Source: Octopus vulgaris
Taxonomy: Eukaryota
DNA: 64,000 nt
NCBI GenBank assembly: GCA_951406725.2
Contig: OX597814.1
Location: 171,430,001 to 171,494,000, forward strand
Reading direction: 5' to 3'
Positions 55,689 to 64,000 of this stretch are shown here, piece after piece; within the stretch, counting starts at the first letter, position 1, and each line of letters opens with the position of its first letter. The notes beneath the pieces are model-generated. The model did not search any database and had not been told where the DNA came from. It saw only the letters and a program-made list of their open reading frames with translations. A program made the position numbers and the translations under genes.

Positions 55689-56470
55689 ATATTAATTTTA
55701 ATTTAAATATATATATATATATATATGTATATTTAATTTATCCACACCATCATGTCTCACAATGCTGTAAGAACGTTAAATATGAGACATAGATTGCCAT
55801 TTCAATTTTTATTGTTGTTTCAATTGGGTACACGGTGTTTATATTCAAATCAACGGTTTTTCGCAATAGCAGTGCATGTACCATTCCGTTTTTCCTTTAT
55901 GGTGGAGGGGAAAAATTTCACCTCGGCTAGTGACAAGCGAGTAGACATCATTGACAAACCCAAGAAAGTCGAAAGGAATTATGCATTCTCGAGTATCCAC
56001 GCCGGACCAATATATGCATCGCGGATATATTAAATATATTCTCATAACAAACTACGCATTAACTTACAAATGGCGCTGTCATATTATAACTACGTACTTG
56101 AAATACAGACATGGATATGCGCAAAGTTTGTCATATATATAATCGCATATATGAAGACAGGAATGTACATATATACAAATGGACATATACATATAAATAC
56201 ACCTACTTCATCTCTTAGTTCCCCACCTTTTATTACTTTTTATCAATTAAGCTTTCTTCATTTATTATTTGTATATTTGCTTTCTCGTAACTAAACCCTT
56301 CAATATTTTATGTGATTAGTCTCATCCTGTTGTTATCTAGTCTGAGAAACAGCGTTTAATCTCAGATCAGCACCAAATATTTGTAATATTTTATATAAAT
56401 TCAAGCAAGTACACATGCACACATAACGAGAAGAGAAAGAAAAATAAGAGAGGAGGTGAGAGAGAGATAG

Positions 56471-56542
<72 letters not shown>

Positions 56543-56545
56543 ACA

Positions 56546-56849
56546 GAGAGTCTCAGGTGCATAACTGAAAAAAAGGCTAAAAAAAAATTAGATCAAATGA
56601 TATTATTAAGGAAGCAATTATTAGACAAAAACTCCATGCTGTGAGTATTTAAAATCCAGTCTAAAACAACAAGCAAAAGATATATGAGTTAGATCAGTAG
56701 TCTGATATTTTTCGACGACATTGATTATACAGATTGGAATGGATATTTCATTTTAAGTCAACTGGAGAAAATTTCAGAAACAGACAAATTTCAGTCTCAT
56801 TAGTTCTCATCGGTGAATCATCCTCATTAGTTTGTGAGACGAAGAGTAA
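56546..56849. repeat. About 300-bp direct repeat, copy 1
   Basis: High identity to 59012-59316. Confidence 0.92.
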
Positions 56850-57044
56850 CAGTAGGATTAAGAGAAAGAGAGATAGAGAAAGAAAAACAGGGAGAAGGTG
56901 AAAAACAGAGAGAGAGGAGGAATCATTGGCCTCAGTATTTCACTGATAAAATGTTTGTCATCCCTGAAACTATGAAAGGCAAACTTGTCCTCAGCAATAT
57001 CTGAAAAGTCGGAACAAATAACGCAATGAACTTATATACACTGG

Positions 57045-57770
57045 TAAGGCGGCGAGTTGTCAGATTCGTTTGCATGCTGGACAAAATGCTTAGAAGTATT
57101 TCTACCGTCGCTACGTCCTGAATTCAAATTCCGCCGAGGTCGACTTAGTCTTTCATCCTTTCGGGGTTGATGAATTAATTACCAGTGAAACTCTGGAGTT
57201 GATGTAATCGACTAGACCCCCGCCCCCAAATTTCAGGCTTTGTACCTTTTGTAGAAAGGATTATTATTATTAAAGAGGCGAGATAGCAAAATCGTTGGCA
57301 TGCCGGTCGAAATGCTTAGCAGTATTTCACCCGTTGCTACGTTCTGAGTTCAAATTCCGCCGAAGTCGACTTTGCCTTTCATCCTTTCGGAGTCGATAAA
57401 ATAAGTACCCGTGAAACACTGGTGTCGATGTATTGGTCTAGCCCTCTCCCTCAAAATTTCAGGCCTTGTACCTTTTCCAGACAATGGTGGTCTCTTGAAC
57501 CTTATAATCCTCACTAGTTTACATAGTATACACATGCCCATATTTCATTTAATTATTTAAGTAAATTTGATATTTACTTAATCCAAGGATGTGAGCTACC
57601 ACATTCGTTAGCACGCCGGGCAAAATGCTTAGAGGCATTTCGTCCGTCTTTACGTTTAGAGTTCGAATAATTCCGAGGTTGACTTCGCCTTTTATCCTTT
57701 TCGGAGTCGATAAATTAAGTAACAGTTGAACACTGCGGTCAATGTAATTGACTTACTCCCTCACCCGAAA
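57045..57770 (+). mobile_element. Head-to-tail array of three SINE family D copies
   Basis: Copies start at about 57045, 57271 and 57590; the first junction is 'ttattattattaa'. Confidence 0.85.
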
Positions 57771-57808
57771 GGTGACGACTTGTGTGTGCATGTAGGGTCT
57801 ATCTATCA

Positions 57809-57909
<101 letters not shown>

Positions 57910-57979
57910 AATCGAAAACAGAGAGTTGCTTATTTGCAAAAAAAAAAAAAAAGAAATATAAAATGTGACTTCATTGACC

Positions 57980-58240
57980 GAGGTTACCGTGGTCTTTTCC
58001 GTAGGCTTTTCTTTCCACGGGTAAACCTCACCTGTCCTCCCCTTTACACTTCATATTGACATTTCTGTGATAACGATCCCTATTGATCAATTTTTTTTTC
58101 CTCTCCCCCTTTTTTTTAACCCCCCTTTTTTTTGTCCTCTTTCTCTCCTTTTACGATCCCTTTTGATCGAAACTCCCCCTTCCTTTTTTTTTTTTTTTTT
58201 TTTTAAACCTTCAAAAGAAAAGCTCTACCTTGTAATTTGT
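57980..58240 (+). mobile_element. Second copy of the Tx1-like 3'UTR element, running into (TATC)n
   Basis: Matches 33343-33608 and lacks the final AATAAA segment. Confidence 0.75.
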
Positions 58241-58281
58241 TCTATCTATCTATCTATCTACCTACCTACCTACCTACCTAC

Positions 58282-58329
<48 letters not shown>

Positions 58330-58391
58330 ATTCAAAAGTTCAATTCCTTAACATACGGTTAAACTCTCAACACGCACACGTTTACATACAC

Positions 58392-58422
<31 letters not shown>

Positions 58423-58755
58423 TGTATGTATGTATGTATGTATGTATGTATCTATCTATCTATATCTATGTGAGTGTGTGTGCCTGTGCACGTGTAAGAG
58501 AGAAGGAGATACAGAAGGAAGCGAGAGTATTTGGAAGCGCGAGGCATGACATGAAGAATAAAAAACTGATGGGCGAATAAGACCTAATAAAGTTAGTAAT
58601 ATCTGTCTTAAAGAGATTCCGTGGTATAATACACACACACGAACACACGCATGCACACACACATACACACAAACACACACACACATATACACATAAATAT
58701 ACATACATATATATATATACACACACACACATATATAAATATATATATATATATT

Positions 58756-58855
<100 letters not shown>

Positions 58856-59011
58856 GAGAGAGAGAGATACATATATATACGTATATGGTTTCTTTATGTG
58901 CATGGTAGTTATTAGTCTGTCAAAATACATTATTGTATCAAAAACATAGGTGAGAAGGAAAATGAAAAAAATACCTCAGGTGAACCTTCGGCATACTAAA
59001 TACATATGCAG

Positions 59012-59316
59012 GAGAGTCTCAGGTGCATAACTGAAAAAAGGCTAAAAAAAAAATTAGATCAAATGATATTATTATTAAGGAAGCAATTATTAGATAAAAA
59101 CTCCATGCTGTGGGTATTTAAAATCCAGTCTAAAACAACAAGCAAAAGATATTAGTTAGATTAGTAGTCTGATATTATTCGGCGACATAGATTATACAGA
59201 TTGGAATGGATATGTCATTTTAAGTCAATTGGAGAAAATTTCAGAAACAGACAAATTTCAGTCTCATTAGTTGTCATCAGTGAATCATCCTCATTAGTTT
59301 GTGAGACGAAGAGTAA
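59012..59316. repeat. About 300-bp direct repeat, copy 2
   Basis: High identity to 56546-56849. Confidence 0.92.
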
Positions 59317-59802
59317 TAAATACATACATGCATACATAACATCTATTCATGTACACCTACCTACCTACCTACCTACCTACCTACTTACATACATGCATAC
59401 ATAACATATATTCATGTACACCTACCTACCTACCCACCTACCTACCTACCTACCTACCTACCTACCTACCTACCTACCTACCTACCTACCTACCTACCTA
59501 CATACCTACCTACCTACTTACACTACTCACCTACCTACCAACCAACTTACCTACCTACCTACACTACCTATCTACCTACCTACCTACCTACCTACCTACC
59601 TTCCTACCTACCTACCTACCTACCTACCTACCTACCTACCTACATACCTACCTACACTACCTACCTACATATCGATGTACCTACCTCCCTACCTACCTAC
59701 ACTACTCACCTACCTATCATTGTCAAGGACTCTACCACTGAATTTTAATACTTCTATGTTAACAAATTTTTAACATCACAAAGGCTACAGAAAGCCTTGC
59801 AC

Positions 59803-59850
59803 TTTACTTTGGAAAATCGTTTTTAAAAAATCTGAAACCGGTCAAGTCAA
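59803..59850 (+). ncRNA. Degenerate minimal hammerhead motif
   Basis: tttactt-TGGAAAA-tcgttttt/aaaaaatct-GAAA-ccg-GTC-aagtcaa. Stem I pairs 6/7; the module ends 'cttccc|(TA)n'. Confidence 0.5.
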
Positions 59851-59890
59851 TAAACATCTTTAAAAGACCTCTGCATTTTCAAATCCTCTT

Positions 59891-59996
<106 letters not shown>

Positions 59997-60008
59997 ATAC
60001 ATATATCT

Positions 60009-60752
60009 TAGAGGCGACTCCAGGTCATCAGCGTCACTCGGGCTCACCATAGATGTATAAAAGAAGGTAAGAGACGTAATGCCTACCGCAGACTTATATG
60101 TGCACGGATAATTTAACAATAAGAGAGAAATATAGTTTTAATGTATTTCTCCATTTCTAAGTTAAGAGTGAAAATAAAGGAACCCTTTAAACACAGACGC
60201 ACAGAATAACAGCATTCAAATAACGACAGCGGAGTGCACAGCAACCATCAGCGATCTGACTGTCGCCTGTGCTCTTGACAAGAGTTAGTCTTTTACACCT
60301 ACCAGGCTCGTACGTATTAGCCCGAGTTGCTGGATAATTTTTCGTACCTTTCAGAATATTATAGAACGGAAACTTTTCATAAAATGGAATTTAAATCTTA
60401 ATTTCTATAGAAATCTATTGTTCCAAGAAAACTTTGAATTCGAATTACTTTTAATTTTTACGATTATGGGTAACAACTCGGACTGTATCTTATGACCTCG
60501 AGTCAGGTGTGTGCGAGCGATGTCAAGAGAACGTCTACTATGAATGATATCTTCTGACACAGGACACCTATAAGACGACCTCCAGACGCTGAACGAAAAT
60601 TAATGAACTGTAACCAGGCTCAATAAAAAGAGCCCGAGGTATTGGCTGCAATTCTATACTTGAAGTCTGTGTTGGCAGAAATTAAATCAGCAAATATACG
60701 TTCACTTTACTCGGGCTAGGCCCGAACAGTCCGATTGCCAGAGTCGCCACTG
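60009..60752. mobile_element. hAT-like non-autonomous DNA transposon
   Basis: Imperfect TIRs tagaggcgactc / gagtcgccactg, repeated subterminal ctcgggct/agcccgag motifs, and a possible decayed 8-bp TSD (atatatct / atgtatgt). Confidence 0.6.
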
Positions 60753-60844
60753 ATGTATGTATGTATGTATGTATGTATGTATGTATGTATGTATGTATGT
60801 ATGTATGTATGTATGTATGTATGTATGTATGCATGTATGTATGG

Positions 60845-61395
60845 GAGAGCAGTGCATGCCATCAAAGTGTCACTGGAGTAGAATATACGAAGCCCTATAT
60901 AGCCATCAGGACTACCCGCCTGATAAGGGTACACCAGGTACATGCATCACAGCTGTATGTGTGTGACATGGTGATCTCATACCATGATAAACAGCACATG
61001 ACTTTGCAGGTGGGGGCCCAGTTAGAATTTTATTCAGGTCGAATAGCCCATCCTGCTCAAATGGTTCTTGAATAAGGGTTGTTTAAGGATGTTGAATGAA
61101 ACAACCAATGTTTCCAGAGGTGAATTATTCAAACTCCAAAGAATTCCTCTCGATACATGGCTACAATGCTCCCCTACTATTTCTGCTCGTGATCAGAGAT
61201 GCACATATCGTCAGCCAACAAGGGACATGCTCAAATGGTTATGGTCAATCAACTGACAAGCAAATATGTGGTACTGAGCAGAATATTTGCTGCATCCTAT
61301 TTTTTATACCAAGACAAAACAATGTACATGGTAGCACTTCCAATCAATTAAGATCAGAAGCCATGAGAGCCATTGCCTGGCACTGCATCAAGGCT
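60845..61395 (+). mobile_element. Unclassified retroposon (longer copy of 44341-44716)
   Basis: High identity in inverted orientation; flanked by (TATG)n and (TA)n. Confidence 0.8.
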
Positions 61396-61404
61396 GTAAG
61401 TTTG

Positions 61405-61474
<70 letters not shown>

Positions 61475-62263
61475 CATACGTATGTATATATATATGTATG
61501 TATGTATGTATGCATGTATGTATGTATGTATGTATGTATGTATGTACACAAATACATATATAATACATATATTCGTACATGCATACAAATGTATGTACGT
61601 GTGTGTGTGTATGCTTGTGTGGAATATATTAATGTTGGTTGATTATATCAGTTAAAATAATCCACTCCACACCAATGCACTATTCCTTGGCGCTAAGGAA
61701 CAATAACAACAACTATTCATCTTCTATGTCTGCATGTAATCTAAAGTATGTGTGTGGTTCCGATTCTGTATGTGTTGCTTGTGTGCATGTGTGAGTAAGA
61801 GCGTATATGCATATCTGCGTAATGACACAAATGTATTCATGCGTAAGCGTAAAAAGTACCTGAGGTCTCAAACTGTACTCTGTAACCTGTAGGCACGGTT
61901 GAACGATTAAGAAATTCACTTTGCAATCATTATATTTCAGATTTGAGCTTCCTGTGTGGTAACTATTGCGGTGGGTGGGTGGGGGTCGATCCAAACTAAG
62001 TGAGTGCAACAAGGAAAGTGAGTAGAGGGAAATTATATGGGAGCCAGTCGGATGTAGTGAAACATAATTTCAAAAGGCTCAGTTATTTATACTGTGTCAC
62101 GTGACACAGGTTTCCGCCTGGGGATTACGTTAATCCTACAAGCGTCTGTAGAATATTAAGCCAGTAAGATAATAATTCAATGACACTAATTCAAATGATT
62201 AAACAGTAGCAATATTCTTTGTTAAACTCGATGGAAGAGTCACTAACATTGTAATTGTCCGAT

Positions 62264-62305
<42 letters not shown>

Positions 62306-62386
62306 ACACATATATATATATATACATGCATACATGCATACATATATATGTATATATATATCATCATCATCATCATGATATATCTG

Positions 62387-62435
<49 letters not shown>

Positions 62436-62649
62436 TTAGTTGAGTTGTTAAAGGGTAAAATAACCTTCTAAGGGATTAAAGTATCCCAAAAAACTACCGG
62501 TATATTATATTAGCTATATTTAAACATGGGCAAAAATGTTATGCTCATAAATTATAGGCAAACACTGTTGATTCAGTGTATGTATGTATGTATGTATGTA
62601 TGTATGTATGTATGTATGTATGTATGTATGTATGTATGTATGTATATAT

Positions 62650-62852
62650 GTGATCTCTTGAGCACCACCAGCAAAAATATTTTTTTCCTCTGTCTTCCCT
62701 TCTTGGGATTTTTCCTTCTCCTATGTTTCCGACGAAGAGCTCCGCTCGAAACGTTAAACCCTCCTTCCCTTCTTTCCTGAGCGTCAAATAATACTTAAAT
62801 TGTTCCACGTCCTCGCGTTGCTGTGTTTTTTTCTGTGTTTTCTTGTTTGGAT

Positions 62853-62860
<8 letters not shown>
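62650..62860 (+). mobile_element. HHR-bearing PLE-terminus-like module, family E (truncated copy at 21530-21592)
   Basis: gttt-CCGACGA-a-gagc-tcc-gctc-GAAA-cgtt-aaac at 62725-62759; ends 'ggattaac|(TA)n'. Confidence 0.78.
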
Positions 62861-62937
<77 letters not shown>

Positions 62938-63193
62938 ATATATATGTATACACACACACACACATATCGCATAGTCTGATGGTGGGTTAGCTGTAAAAAA
63001 CTTCGAACTCACTGTCAATACTATTCTTAGTAAAGAATAAGATATTTGCACTCTACGGAGTTTAAATTGTAGCATGAGAAGGGAGCAGTGTCGAACTCCC
63101 ATCTTCACCAAACGCCAATCAGATAAGATTGGCATTTGAAAATGTAATTACACTGGCGATGTTCCAGCGAGGCCGCAGCTTACGGACCAAAAC

Positions 63194-63231
<38 letters not shown>

Positions 63232-63440
63232 GAATGGGCGTGCGTGTATTTAGCAATACCTTGTTTATAGGCTATACGCTATAAGTCAGAAGACCCGACC
63301 TTAAGTTAAATATTACAACCACTCATTGTTGCGACGTCTTATCTCAAGAACAGGGGACGCCCTCCTTATTTTACTGCCGTCAATAGTATAGAAGGATTGT
63401 ATTTACATTCCTATTTACAATAGAGTGAGGATTTGTGATA

Positions 63441-63486
<46 letters not shown>

Positions 63487-63536
63487 TAATACATATATAC
63501 ATATATATATATATCTCACAAATCCTCACACTATTG

Positions 63537-63568
<32 letters not shown>

Positions 63569-63956
63569 TGTATGTATGTATGTATGTATGTATGTATGTA
63601 TGTATGTATGTGTATATATATATATATATACACATATATATACACATATATATACATATATATAATACACAATATGTGTAGTTTGTGTGTCTGTGTTGCC
63701 GCGGAAGTGAGTGTGCATATTTGTGTATATGTATATATATATATGTGTGTGTGTGTGTGGGGGGGGGTGGCATGCAATTAACACAGACATATAGTCATTA
63801 TACCTGCGGACAAATTCATAGATTTTTGCATCTAGTTCATACCTGTTGATACGTTTGTTATTCGCCTACAATATGTAACTTGCGACTCTGTTGAATGAAT
63901 GAAGATTAAAATTGTGTTTCCATGATAACCTTTTTGTACATTTATGCAACAGCTTA

Positions 63957-63992
<36 letters not shown>

Positions 63993-64000
63993 TCTTATCT

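Noticed and set aside
60845-60950. HDV-like ribozyme at the 5' end of the unclassified retroposon
   Set aside because: I could not assemble the nested double pseudoknot by eye.

Overview
AT-rich, microsatellite-saturated eukaryotic non-coding DNA. The SINE families and repeat landscape resemble Octopus/cephalopod genomes (inference from pattern recognition, not a search). I found no credible host protein-coding exon, rRNA, true tRNA gene or CRISPR array, and almost all supplied ORFs are translations of simple repeats. The non-microsatellite sequence is mostly transposon debris: R4/Dong-type RLE LINEs piled into a (TAA)n tract, Tx1/L1-like 3' ends, RTE fragments, several degenerate Penelope-like elements (PLEs), a full-length but dead DD37D (maT) transposon, mariner/hAT MITEs, Helitrons, a Helentron/DINE-like element and at least three tRNA-derived SINE families. 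The most notable signal is a set of more than 10 minimal type-I hammerhead-ribozyme (HHR) motifs from at least 6 sequence families. They sit in short PLE-terminus-like modules that abut (TA)n or (TATC)n runs. Some have intact cores, some carry recurrent core variants (CUGUNGA, CCGACGA, UUGAAAA), one occurs as a 3x55-bp tandem array, and two lie inside long inverted repeats. HHRs in PLE termini are established knowledge; the density, variant cores and microsatellite targeting here are what merit testing. Coordinates are read by eye and may be off by a few bases.
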